Shown here in pieces: positions 8,919-18,801 of a DNA stretch of 36,280 nucleotides; the stretch's first letter is position 1, and each line of letters opens with the position of its first letter. A program made the translations under genes and the position numbers. Location: the NCBI GenBank assembly GCA_008369845.1, contig MRSU01000166.1:1-36280 (forward strand). Direction: 5' to 3'. The notes under the pieces are model-generated. The model saw only the letters and a list, made by a program, of their open reading frames with translations, was not told the DNA's origin and ran no database searches. The stretch is from Trichomonas gallinae (lineage: Eukaryota).

Positions 8919-11135
8919 TTACTCCATTGTTTCTAATTTTGCCTGAAGGATTTCAACCTTTCTCTGCAACACTTCTGCATCATCATACAACTCCTTTTCT
9001 ACTGCTTCCTCGATTTTCTTATTTAATTCGTCAACCTGTGCCTGAATTTCTTCCTTAGACATCTGCACTGGCTTTTCTGTGTTCTCTAAGAGAGCCTTAA
9101 GCATATTGCTAAGGCCTAGAAGCAATTTAGACGAGAATCTAGAAATCTCGAATAACTTATCAAGAATAGAAACAGCTTCTTCGAAGAATTCGTAATCAAT
9201 CTTAGCCAATCCCTCCTTCTCCTCTATAATTGTCGTCTCTAACTTGACAATCCTCTCAGATAATGTCTGAGATTTCTCCTGGTTCGTTGTTATCTTGGCG
9301 ACACATTCTGTAATAGTCTTGTCGGCCCTCTCAGTGATGTCCTTGAGGTCCTTGAGCTGATCGTTGCACTGCTTAGCGGCCTTGAAGTTCTTTGATGCGA
9401 CGGCAGCTTTCTTTTGTGCTTCGAGCTGATCCTCTTTCGCTTTTGCGCCTGCAACGAGTTCCTCTGATGTCTTGAGGTCCGTGTTGAGCTTGATGAGCTC
9501 CTGTGCGAGCTGTGCGACAGCCTGCTTAGACTGCACGATTTCGTTTCTGTCGTTATTAAGCTGATCTGATCTGAATGTTCTCTCTTCGTTGTACTTTCCG
9601 TAGGCTTGTATGAGTCCTGTTATAATCTCTGCGCCTTGTTCTGCTTCTTGTGCGTCGCGTTCTGCGTTTGTTATGGACTCCTTGAGGTTCTTAAGTTCCT
9701 CGCTTAAGTCGTTGATTTCTTTTTCGCGTCTGGCGACGTCGTCGAGTAATGATTGGAATGGGGCTTCGATCTTTCTGATCTCCTGGGCAACTTTTCTCTT
9801 TTCTGCTTCTAATGTCTGCTTTTCTGCGTTGATCTTCTTCTGATCGCCGGCAAATCCATCAACGATTTGCTTCTTTGCGCGTGTATTCTTGTTGATTTCG
9901 GCCTGGACACTCTTTTCGCGTGTTCTAAGGGCATCTATCTGCTTGAGAAGGTCACTAACTGTTTGTGATATTTCCTTCTTTTCGTTTTCGAGAGCTGTGA
10001 GCTGTGCGTCGACAGACTCTGAGGCCTTGGCAACGTCAGCGTCGTACTTAGCTTGCATCTCGTCGATTGCTTTTTGATGGTTATTTACTGGAGTTTGAAG
10101 ATTTTCGATAATCGATGCGTTCTTGCGACGCTCGATATCAATTGTAGCGTTATCTCGTGTCTGCTCTTCGTTCTTCGATGATAAAAGTGTTTCGATTTCT
10201 GATGCGCGTGAATTGTAAGCTGGCAATTTGTTAGATGATGAGGATGCGTGCTCCATGAGATGTCCTGGGGCCTCTGTTGTAAGATCTAAGGCTTCCTGAA
10301 CGCACATGGCAAAATTATTTTCATTTTCATGGATTTGGTTCTTTAACTGAGAAATCTTGTTATCGAGCTGCTCAGCCTTGTCGTATTCCTCGTTGGAAAG
10401 AGCTGCAGATTGAGCTTTTTCAGATTCTTCGATTTCTGTTTTGCTATTTGCTGTCTGGGCGATCATATCCTGGACTGCAAGCGCGATGTTGTTAAGAGAA
10501 AGTGCGAATCCGCCGTACGTTTCTCCCAATTCTTGAATTTCTGGAGGAGTATCAACTACTGGCTGTGGTTCTGGTGCTTTCTGCTGGAATGGAGCTGAGC
10601 CAATCTTCTGTGTTCCTGGAGAAGGTGGCGCACCGCCGAAATCAAATGCAGAACCTTGATCCTTAGGAACTTCTTCAGCAGCACCAAAATCGAACGCAGA
10701 TGTTTCATTCGAACCCGCGGCGCCGGCATCAGCCTGGCCGAAGTCGAAAGCAGAGACCTCGTCGCTGCCGTTTTGTGCTGGTTCCGCAGATCCGAAGTCA
10801 AATGCGGAAACATCGTCATCCTTTGGCGCAGCCTGAATGATTGACGTATTTTTGATCTCACCGAGCTCAGGAATCTGACCTGGTGTTAATTGTACTGATA
10901 TTTTTTGTTTTTCTTTAGTTTCCGTTCCTTTCTTCGCGAATTTGTTTACTTTCTTTTTCTCGTCTGTTTTCTTCTTGTTTTGACCAATAACTCTCATCCC
11001 TGATTTCTTCCCGAGTGTTTTCTTGGCCGCTGGCTTCGCAGCTGGGGCCTGGTGCTCGGGCTGGGCATCGCCGAATGAAAACTCACTTGAGCCGTTGTCT
11101 TCTGGTGCCTCATCAGTAAATTCGAAAGCACTCAT
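8919..11135 (-). CDS. Coiled-coil protein with three UVR (UvrB/UvrC)-like motifs and N-terminal SAFDFG repeats
   Basis: AALSNEEYDKAEQLDNKI, AAVASKNFKAAKQCNDQL and EAVEKELYDDAEVLQRKV motifs; long heptad region; biased codon usage; AAAGTGAC ~12 nt upstream. Confidence 0.85.
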   Translation of the reverse strand: MSAFEFTDEAPEDNGSSEFSFGDAQPEHQAPAAKPAAKKTLGKKSGMRVIGQNKKKTDEKKKVNKFAKKGTETKEKQKISVQLTPGQIPELGEIKNTSIIQAAPKDDDVSAFDFGSAEPAQNGSDEVSAFDFGQADAGAAGSNETSAFDFGAAEEVPKDQGSAFDFGGAPPSPGTQKIGSAPFQQKAPEPQPVVDTPPEIQELGETYGGFALSLNNIALAVQDMIAQTANSKTEIEESEKAQSAALSNEEYDKAEQLDNKISQLKNQIHENENNFAMCVQEALDLTTEAPGHLMEHASSSSNKLPAYNSRASEIETLLSSKNEEQTRDNATIDIERRKNASIIENLQTPVNNHQKAIDEMQAKYDADVAKASESVDAQLTALENEKKEISQTVSDLLKQIDALRTREKSVQAEINKNTRAKKQIVDGFAGDQKKINAEKQTLEAEKRKVAQEIRKIEAPFQSLLDDVARREKEINDLSEELKNLKESITNAERDAQEAEQGAEIITGLIQAYGKYNEERTFRSDQLNNDRNEIVQSKQAVAQLAQELIKLNTDLKTSEELVAGAKAKEDQLEAQKKAAVASKNFKAAKQCNDQLKDLKDITERADKTITECVAKITTNQEKSQTLSERIVKLETTIIEEKEGLAKIDYEFFEEAVSILDKLFEISRFSSKLLLGLSNMLKALLENTEKPVQMSKEEIQAQVDELNKKIEEAVEKELYDDAEVLQRKVEILQAKLETME

Positions 11136-11146
11136 TTTTTCTATTT

Positions 11147-11181
11147 GTCACTTTTTATTAAGATGCGATTTTTGTCACTTT
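11147..11181 (-). promoter_or_regulatory. Two AAAGTGAC core-promoter motifs
   Basis: GTCACTTT on + at 11147-11154 and 11174-11181, just upstream of ATG 11135; same motif precedes the genes at 21428 and 23659. Confidence 0.55.
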
Positions 11182-11849
11182 TCATGTAATTCGATTTTTC
11201 AATTTTAAGGCTTTTTCTTTCCACCATCATCATTCTTTAGCTTAGATAACTGCTATTTACTGTGAATTTTATCCATTTCATCAGATATTAACTTATGAAT
11301 TGTCAATCATATCATTTTCTTTCAACAAGCAGCGAATTTTGGCCTACATTGATATTTTATACATGTGAATTTTTTACAATCTCATGAAATTAAACAATAT
11401 TTCAAAAGTAGTTATATTTAATTCTTCATTTCATACCGTTCCACCTATTATCATTAGTGAAAGCTTATCTGACTTACCACGAAATATCTTCAATGTTTTT
11501 GAATTGATCAAACCTATCATTTTCTTTTTACTATGTAATAATCATTTTATATTCCATTATTACATACTAAATTCAAAAAACATATGTTCTCATTTCATTA
11601 ATTGATATACAAAATAAAAATAAATATAAAATGAAGCCTTATTTTAAATAAAATGATTTGTTTCATGTTTTTCAAATTAATTTACACTGATAAAATCATC
11701 ATATTCCCTTTATTTTTCGAAATTAAATTTGGATTAATCAAAATGTTAAAGAATCTGTAGTGAAATAGGAATGGATTGATAAATAATATCGCAAATTATT
11801 TGCTTTAACAATATAATTCAAATAAACATAATTAAATTACAAATTAAAT

Positions 11850-14800
11850 CTAACTCTTGGATCTCAGCTTAACGCCGAAAGTAGATTCGACGGTGAGCTC
11901 AGATTCATTCTTTATCAGGGACTTTCTCTCTGATGCATCTGATTGTCTTCTCTTCAGCTTGACACCGAATGGAGAAATGACGAAGTCGCCTTGAATGACA
12001 TTGCCTGCCTGCATCTCTGGCTTCTCTGGTGTTGTTTTGGCTGATTTCGTTTCTGTGTGGCGAAGATTGACGCCGAATGTTGAGGATACAGACTTCTCTG
12101 ATTCTTCTATTTCGACCTTCTTCACGTTCTGCTGTTCTAGGAGTCTCTTTTGCCTGTTTTCTTCCTGCTTTCGGAAGATTTCCTCTTGCTTGCGCTTGAG
12201 TTCTGTCTCTGCCTTGATGCGCTCCTCTTCAACACGCTTCATCCTGTTGAATTCCTCGAGCCACTTCATGTTCTCTGTCTGCTGGCGACGCTTTGTTTCT
12301 TCGTTTTGAGGCTGGTCGATCATCTCTGCAGTTCTCTTTGCTTCGGCCGCCTCGTAGAACTTCATTGCTGCTTCTGCTTCGAGTCTCTGTGTTTCTGCTT
12401 CTGCACGCTTCTGTCTGATTTCTTCTGCTGCTTTGTCGAGTTCGTCAGCTTCAGCTTCGAGGATCATGAGTTTCTCTGTGCTTGGTTCTCTGCTGTCAAT
12501 CAAGCTCCTCCTTCTTTCTTGTTCTTCCTTCTTCCTTGTTTCTTCTTTCATTCTGTTTTCTTCTGCCTTCTTCTTAAGTTCTTCGGCCTCTTTCTGCTTC
12601 TTCTGGAATTCTTCTTCTGCTTCCTTCTTCAGCTCTTCTGGCTTCATGTTCTTCTTCCTCTGGGCTTCTGCCTCTCTTCTCTTTCTTTCTTCCTCTTCCT
12701 TCTTTCTTTGCTTTTCCTCTTCCTTCTTTCTTTGTTCTTCCTCTTCCTTCTTTCTTTGTTCTTCCTCTTCCTTCTTTCTCTGCTTTTCCTCTTCCTTCTT
12801 TCTCTGCTTTTCCTCTTCCTTCTTTCTTTGTTCTTCCTCTTCCTTCTTTCTCTGCTTTTCCTCTTCCTTCTTTCTTTGTTCTTCCTCTTCCTTCTTTCTT
12901 TGCTTTTCCTCTTCCTTCTTTCTTTGTTCTTCTTCTTCTGTTTGTTTATGAGCTGCTTCTTCGGCAATTCTCTGTTCTTCTTTTTGATTATGTTCGTCGA
13001 TTATATTTTGTGCTTCTTCTTCGGCCTTCTTTCTATTTTCTTCATCGATCTTCCTCTGATTTTCCTCTTGAGCTCTTCTTTGTGCATCGAGTTCTTCTGC
13101 TTTTCTTCTCTGCTCTTCTACAAGTCTCATTGCTTCTTCTTGAGCTTTCTTCCTATTTGCCTCGTCATCAGCTCTCCTTTGTTCTTCTTCAAGCTTTCTC
13201 TGCTTTTCTTCTTCTTCTCTCTTCTGAGCCTTGAGTTTCCTCTTTTCTTCTTTAAGTCTCTCTTCCTCGGCGAGTTTTTGTGCATCTTGGTCGACTATCC
13301 TTTGTGATTGAAGTAACTTTTCTTCTGTCATTGACTGAACATTTATTGGAGAGCCAAGCTTCGCGTTGTCGTGCCAGTGAGAAAGTGCGTCTTGCTGCAT
13401 GCGCATCTTCTCCATCTCTGCCTTCATCGCTGCCATGTCCATTGGTCCCTGTTTCCTTCTCTTTTCTTCGAGCTCCTTCTGGCGCTTCTCGAGTTCCTCC
13501 TTCATCCTCTTTCTTCTTGCCTCTTCAGCTGCGACCATCTGCTCGTGCCTTCTCTTGTTCTCCTCTTCTTCAGCCTGGAGCTTTCTGCGGCGCTCTTCTT
13601 CTCTCTGGAGCTGCAACTCCTTCTCCTGGCGACGCTTCTCTTCCTTCTCCTTCGTCCTCTCCGCCATTTCGCGCTTCATTCTCTGCAGCGGTGTCTCCTG
13701 CTGCTGTTGTTGCTGTGCGAGTTCCTCTTGTTTCTGCTGTTCTAATCTCCTGTTTTCATCTTCCTGGCGCTTTAGCTCTTCTGCAGTGAGACGATTGTGA
13801 TCACTGTTAAGATTACCTGATGAGCCAGATATAACGCTGAATGTTGGAATTCCTGGCATTGGAGGAGGCATTGGTGATGTTTGGGATTTCGTTTCCTCAT
13901 TTTCAGCCACAGGTAAAGGTGGAGGTGTTGGTGTCGGTTGCTCTTGCAGTTCAGTCTTGCTTGGTGTGATGAATGATGCCTGATCATTAGATCTGTTTGG
14001 TGGGACAAAGACTGCCTGAATTGGTGAGTTTGTTGGTGTCAAGTATAGGTTGTCGACGTGCTTAGGGGGAACAAGGATGTTCTGCGGTGGTGGAGTGAGA
14101 TATTGAAGCTGCTGTGGTGAAGATTGCTGCGGTGAAGACTGTTGCTGCGGCAACTGAAGCTGTGGAAGTGGTGATAACTGAAGTTGTGGAAGTGGTGACT
14201 GCTGTGGAGAAGGTGGTAACTGAAGCTGTGGAATTGGCGTTGCTTCCATTGGCTGTGCCATTTGTGGGATTGGTGAGCTTGTTGGAACTGGGAACTGCGA
14301 AATCGATAAAGCAGTACCTCTCTGTGAGTCTAATGCTGGAGGAAGCTCCGAAACTGAAAAATGATTGGAAGACTGCTCTGGCATTGGTGGAATTGGTGGC
14401 TCTTCCTCCAAAACAGGTTTCGGAGATTGCTCGACTTTCGGAGTTTGATTCTGTTGAACGATTGGAGCAGATAATTGTGGGATTGGTGTTGGCTCCGATG
14501 GACGAGGAGCTGGTGGTAAAGCGTCGATCTTCGGCATTCCGACGTTGATTTTTGATTGCTCTTCAGCCTGCCTCTGATCTTCTTCTTCCTGCATCCTTCT
14601 GAGGTCCTCGTTTATCTGGCTGAGCCAACTTTGATTCTCTGTCCTGAGTTTCTCCTCCTCTTCGGCCCTCTTCTTTTCTTCCTCTTCTACCTGCTTGCGA
14701 TATTCGTTCTCCGCCTTGATTCTCGCCTCTTCCTCTTCCTGCATGCGCTTCAAGTCCTCCTCTATCATCCTCTTCTGCGCTTCTTCCTGCTGCTCCTCTT

Positions 14801-16598
14801 CTTCCGCGTGCTTCCTCAGTGCGCCTTCTATCATCTGAGCCTGCATTTCGTACTGCATCCTGAGGAGTTCCTCCTCTTCCTGCTTCTTCCTTTCTTCTTC
14901 CTCTTGTGCCTTTCGCCTCTTTTCTTCCTCCGCTTGCAAACGCTTGAACTCTTCTTCAGCCTTTCTCTGCCTCTCTAATTCCTCTTCTTTCACTCTCCTC
15001 ATGTCCTCCTCGAGCTGCTGCCTGCGCTTTTCTTCGGCGAGTCTGTGCTTCTCTTCTATGCGGCGCTGCTCTTCGAGAGCCTCCTTCTGGGCCTTCTCAT
15101 ATTCTTCCTGTGCTCTCTTGAGTCTCTCTTCTTCTTCGGCTTGTTCTTGCTCGTATCTGAGTCTTTCGCGCTCATCTTCTTCCTCCTGCATTCTCCAGAG
15201 ATCTTCCTCGATCATGCGGATACGCTCATCTTCTGGCATGTTGAATTCCTCTGAGAATCCACCGCGTCTAACGTTCAACCCGAGTTCTTCGATAATTGAT
15301 GAACTTGATCTCCTCTTTCTTGGCGGTTTTGGCTTTGCAACAGGAGGCTTTTGAGCTGGTGTCTGCATTGTCTTGCAGGTTGGAATTGGCGGTGGCCTGC
15401 CTGGTTTCGGTTCTGAGACATAATTTGCTGGCAAAGGTGGAAGCATGATATCATCTTTTGGTGGAGCGATATTGATTTCGATCTTAGTATCAAGACCAAC
15501 TTGATCTAAGCGATTGTTGTCTGATGGAGATTTTGGTAATTCGAATGTCGGAGGAATTCCATCCAACTTTGAATTTGATGGTGGTTCGAACAAATCTGAG
15601 CTGAAGTATGCTCGATCGAGATTGCTTACGTTTGGTGTTTTTGGAGGTTGGAAATTAATATTAACTGTTGGTGCGAAATCGCGACGAATTGTTTGTTCTA
15701 GAGGTATTGGACGTCTATTATTTGGATCAATGGGAAGAGAGTCATCAATTGGACTATCAGTAGCCATTTGTGGATCATACTGCAAAGGAGCGTCCATAAG
15801 CACATCGTTGTTAAGGCCACCAAAACTTTGAGCTCTCATGCCTCTTCCTTGGAAAGTATTCGAAGGTTGTTCGATACTTGGTAGAATATTCATCATAGAG
15901 AACTTGTCGAATATAATTTCTGCTTGATGGTTACCCGCGAGCATTTGCCCAACGGAAATCGGTGGTAATGGAACGAAATTTTCGATGAGATTTTCATGTG
16001 TTGTATTTCTTACAATTACCAACCTACCCTTCGAATCTCTCCTCTGGCTTGATACATTCTGTGGTAGTGCCAATGGTTTTGGAGATGGAGGAGGTTTCTT
16101 TCCTTGTGAAGATTCATCAGTAGGATGAACATCAAAAACATCCTGGGTCATTGACCTAGTTGAAGATCCGAGTTTTAGTAATTCAGATGATTTCCTTCTC
16201 TTTCTTCCAGAAGCGAATTCTGATTCTCCTGTATTTGTTCGTTTTTCGAAGAAATCTTGTTCCGGTTTCTTATCTTTGTTGAGCATTTGATCAACTCTGT
16301 TGTTTATAACTGCTGAAATATATTGCATCCAACTCTTTCGATCATTTTCATTTTGTGCGACCAGGTGATAAACGCGTTTTTTCGATGGCCAGCTCAGAGC
16401 CATAGCGGGCTGGTATTTGCAGCGTGGATCTTCTGTAATAAATCCATCAGAAGTTAATTCGATAACTCCTTTTAATTCGCCGCCTTTTTCTGTATAATAT
16501 GAGAGCTGTCTGCGTGTCAGTTGAAACCATCTTTTCTTCCATGTCTTAATAAGTCCGCCATCTTTCGAGAGAAATCCCTCTTTAAGGACTTCGAACAT
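11850..16598 (-). CDS. Large PH-domain protein with Pro-rich and E/K/R-rich helical regions
   Basis: N-terminal KEGFLSKDGGLIKTWKKRWF...YY...KGVI...W PH signature, followed by PxxP tracts, charged helices and three C-terminal FGVxL motifs. Confidence 0.92.
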   Translation of the reverse strand: MFEVLKEGFLSKDGGLIKTWKKRWFQLTRRQLSYYTEKGGELKGVIELTSDGFITEDPRCKYQPAMALSWPSKKRVYHLVAQNENDRKSWMQYISAVINNRVDQMLNKDKKPEQDFFEKRTNTGESEFASGRKRRKSSELLKLGSSTRSMTQDVFDVHPTDESSQGKKPPPSPKPLALPQNVSSQRRDSKGRLVIVRNTTHENLIENFVPLPPISVGQMLAGNHQAEIIFDKFSMMNILPSIEQPSNTFQGRGMRAQSFGGLNNDVLMDAPLQYDPQMATDSPIDDSLPIDPNNRRPIPLEQTIRRDFAPTVNINFQPPKTPNVSNLDRAYFSSDLFEPPSNSKLDGIPPTFELPKSPSDNNRLDQVGLDTKIEINIAPPKDDIMLPPLPANYVSEPKPGRPPPIPTCKTMQTPAQKPPVAKPKPPRKRRSSSSIIEELGLNVRRGGFSEEFNMPEDERIRMIEEDLWRMQEEEDERERLRYEQEQAEEEERLKRAQEEYEKAQKEALEEQRRIEEKHRLAEEKRRQQLEEDMRRVKEEELERQRKAEEEFKRLQAEEEKRRKAQEEEERKKQEEEELLRMQYEMQAQMIEGALRKHAEEEEQQEEAQKRMIEEDLKRMQEEEEARIKAENEYRKQVEEEEKKRAEEEEKLRTENQSWLSQINEDLRRMQEEEDQRQAEEQSKINVGMPKIDALPPAPRPSEPTPIPQLSAPIVQQNQTPKVEQSPKPVLEEEPPIPPMPEQSSNHFSVSELPPALDSQRGTALSISQFPVPTSSPIPQMAQPMEATPIPQLQLPPSPQQSPLPQLQLSPLPQLQLPQQQSSPQQSSPQQLQYLTPPPQNILVPPKHVDNLYLTPTNSPIQAVFVPPNRSNDQASFITPSKTELQEQPTPTPPPLPVAENEETKSQTSPMPPPMPGIPTFSVISGSSGNLNSDHNRLTAEELKRQEDENRRLEQQKQEELAQQQQQQETPLQRMKREMAERTKEKEEKRRQEKELQLQREEERRRKLQAEEEENKRRHEQMVAAEEARRKRMKEELEKRQKELEEKRRKQGPMDMAAMKAEMEKMRMQQDALSHWHDNAKLGSPINVQSMTEEKLLQSQRIVDQDAQKLAEEERLKEEKRKLKAQKREEEEKQRKLEEEQRRADDEANRKKAQEEAMRLVEEQRRKAEELDAQRRAQEENQRKIDEENRKKAEEEAQNIIDEHNQKEEQRIAEEAAHKQTEEEEQRKKEEEKQRKKEEEEQRKKEEEKQRKKEEEEQRKKEEEKQRKKEEEKQRKKEEEEQRKKEEEEQRKKEEEKQRKKEEEERKRREAEAQRKKNMKPEELKKEAEEEFQKKQKEAEELKKKAEENRMKEETRKKEEQERRRSLIDSREPSTEKLMILEAEADELDKAAEEIRQKRAEAETQRLEAEAAMKFYEAAEAKRTAEMIDQPQNEETKRRQQTENMKWLEEFNRMKRVEEERIKAETELKRKQEEIFRKQEENRQKRLLEQQNVKKVEIEESEKSVSSTFGVNLRHTETKSAKTTPEKPEMQAGNVIQGDFVISPFGVKLKRRQSDASERKSLIKNESELTVESTFGVKLRSKS
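12687..12926 (-). repeat. Coding minisatellite, 10 x 24 bp, encoding QRKKEEE(K/E)
   Basis: Ten near-identical 24-bp units visible in DNA and protein. Confidence 0.92.
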
Positions 16599-16860
16599 AT
16601 TGATATAAAAAACAAAAAAAATAAATAAAATTTCAGTTTGTCATTTCATTTTTTGGGACTTTTGGCAAAATTTTTAAGTATAGCAATAAACCATATATTG
16701 CGGTGTAAAAAATTGACAAGTTCTCAAAATATGATTTTAATTTTTTAATTGATATTTGCATGTTTGACATTATATTAATTCGATATAAAATATAAAAATC
16801 TAAATTGAGAATTACCTTAATTTTTCGAAACACTGTAATATATAATATCCAAATATCATC

Positions 16861-17150
16861 AAATTTCTGCGATATTATTTTTCAATCAAAAAAATTAATT
16901 TTGCTATTTTATGAATCATTTTAACACATAGAAATTATTAATAAACAAATTTCTGCGATTAAATGATTTTTCAATAAAAATAATTTAATTTTGTTATTTT
17001 ATGAATCATTATGATGTTAAGTATATAAATTTCAGTAAATTTCTGCGATTTGATATTTCAATCAAAAAATTTAGTTTTGCTATTTTTTGAATCGTTATAC
17101 TATAAATAACACAAAATTATTTTAAATAATTTGACAAATTTCAATCAAAA
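16861..17150. repeat. Degenerate tandem repeat, ~86-90-bp unit, 3 copies plus a partial
   Basis: AAATTTCTGCGAT...TTTCAAT.AAAA...TTTTG(C/T)TATTTT(T)..GAATC at 16861, 16947 and 17037. Confidence 0.8.
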
Positions 17151-17794
17151 ACGATCAAAAAATGATTACACATTTATCAGAAAATCACAGAGATTTCTGG
17201 ACTTTCGCAGTAAAAATTAATAATACTCCTTTTGTATATATCACAGTTATGTGCATTATTATAACAATTATTCTTTTCATTCATCTTTTCCAAAATTCTC
17301 TAAAAGAAATCGGGTTATTAGCACGTTGTACTATTACTTTTATTCCATAGTCGCTATTAATGAAAGTTATCCTGAGCGCTCAAACAGAATTTGTAAAATA
17401 TCATTTTCCAATTATTTGTAAAATGTCCTCTGCTTAATGAAGTCCTGCTCTTTTTAATGAGGAACGATGAATTAGATACATGTAATTTGACAAATAACCC
17501 ATATAAAAATATGGAGAAAAATTTGACCAAAATAGTTAATAATGAAGCATCTTTATATATGAAGTATAGGTAAACAAATCATATATAAATGATTGCAAAT
17601 GCTTTTTTCATGTATTCGTTGTAAAAAGTCGCAAATATTTGATCAATTAAAAGTTTTTATAGATAGAAGTGTGAAATTAGAATATAAGGTTCCATAGGTT
17701 AAATATAATATGTGATTAATAATCTAATACTGTAATACTATATAATGATAATGATTTGGTAAAAATTTGATGATTAAGGTTAATAAACGTGACA

Positions 17795-18589
17795 ATGAGC
17801 TTCTCACCATCTTTGAAGTCATTATCTCGGACACAGGTCAATTATCATGACATCAGGATGTCGAGGGAGCAAGAAGAAGAGGACCCAATTGAAAACTCTG
17901 ATGGTGAGAATGAATTTCCTTCAGCGCAAAGGCCTCATCCGGATTCTGCACAGATTTCAGAGAAAGAATATGAATCAGAAGTAGAATCAATTGATTCTTC
18001 ATCAGAATCTGTTAAAGAAAATACACAAGTTGTAGTTATAAAGCCTCCTGTTCAATCATTGAAATCGATGACCCCGAAAAAAATCGAAACACATCACGAA
18101 TCTGAAATCGATGACTCTATTGACAGTGATTCAATAAGTCAAAGTCTTCGTTCAGAAAAAGACGAAGAAATCGAACAAGTTTCTGAAGTTTCACAGAAAA
18201 ATGAAGAGGTTATATCCGAAGAAATCGAAGAAATACACTCGTTTTTAACTTCTCAATACGAAGAAATTGATACTCAAGGAATTGATGAATTTTTCAAAGA
18301 AGAATTCATCGGACTTGAGTTTATAGAAGATCTTACTGATACTCTCGATATTTGGGATTGTGACTTAACAAGGGTTTTATTATGTCATTATATTCCAATT
18401 GAAGGAGAGTCAAAACACGATAATTTTCAACAGATTATAATGTCTGGAGATATTTTATGTATTACAAGTTCGAAATCAATCAAAAAAGAATTAGATATCA
18501 ATTCTCGTTTTCTTTTGAAGGAACCTTTTAAGGCCTTCAAATACCATGATAGATACGCTGTTATATCTCCAATATTAGTTTTAATATAA
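17795..18589 (+). CDS. Hypothetical protein, acidic/Ser-rich disordered N-half with small folded C-terminal domain
   Basis: ATG at 17795 (track start is GTG at 17789); 264-aa open frame. Confidence 0.7.
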   Translation: MSFSPSLKSLSRTQVNYHDIRMSREQEEEDPIENSDGENEFPSAQRPHPDSAQISEKEYESEVESIDSSSESVKENTQVVVIKPPVQSLKSMTPKKIETHHESEIDDSIDSDSISQSLRSEKDEEIEQVSEVSQKNEEVISEEIEEIHSFLTSQYEEIDTQGIDEFFKEEFIGLEFIEDLTDTLDIWDCDLTRVLLCHYIPIEGESKHDNFQQIIMSGDILCITSSKSIKKELDINSRFLLKEPFKAFKYHDRYAVISPILVLI

Positions 18590-18801
18590 TATTATTTGTT
18601 TTGAATATATTAAATTTGTTTGTAATTTCTATTTGAAATGGATTTACTTTTATCTTTATATAACAAAAGAATGGAATTCTAGATTTGATGACCAATCAAA
18701 AAAATAATATGAAATTAATATAAATTTTGCTGAAGATTTGACTGGCATTTGATGTCTATGAAAGAATCAATAATAATAGCGTTAATAATAAAATCACAAA
18801 A

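Noticed and set aside
11220..11605. 73-aa AT-rich ORF and possible minus-strand relic
   Set aside because: No recognisable motif; composition is like intergenic DNA.
11995..15831. Many plus-strand ORFs (up to 385 aa, rich in F/L/S) overlapping the PH gene
   Set aside because: Antisense shadows of GAA/AAG/GAG-rich codons, which lack stops on the opposite strand.
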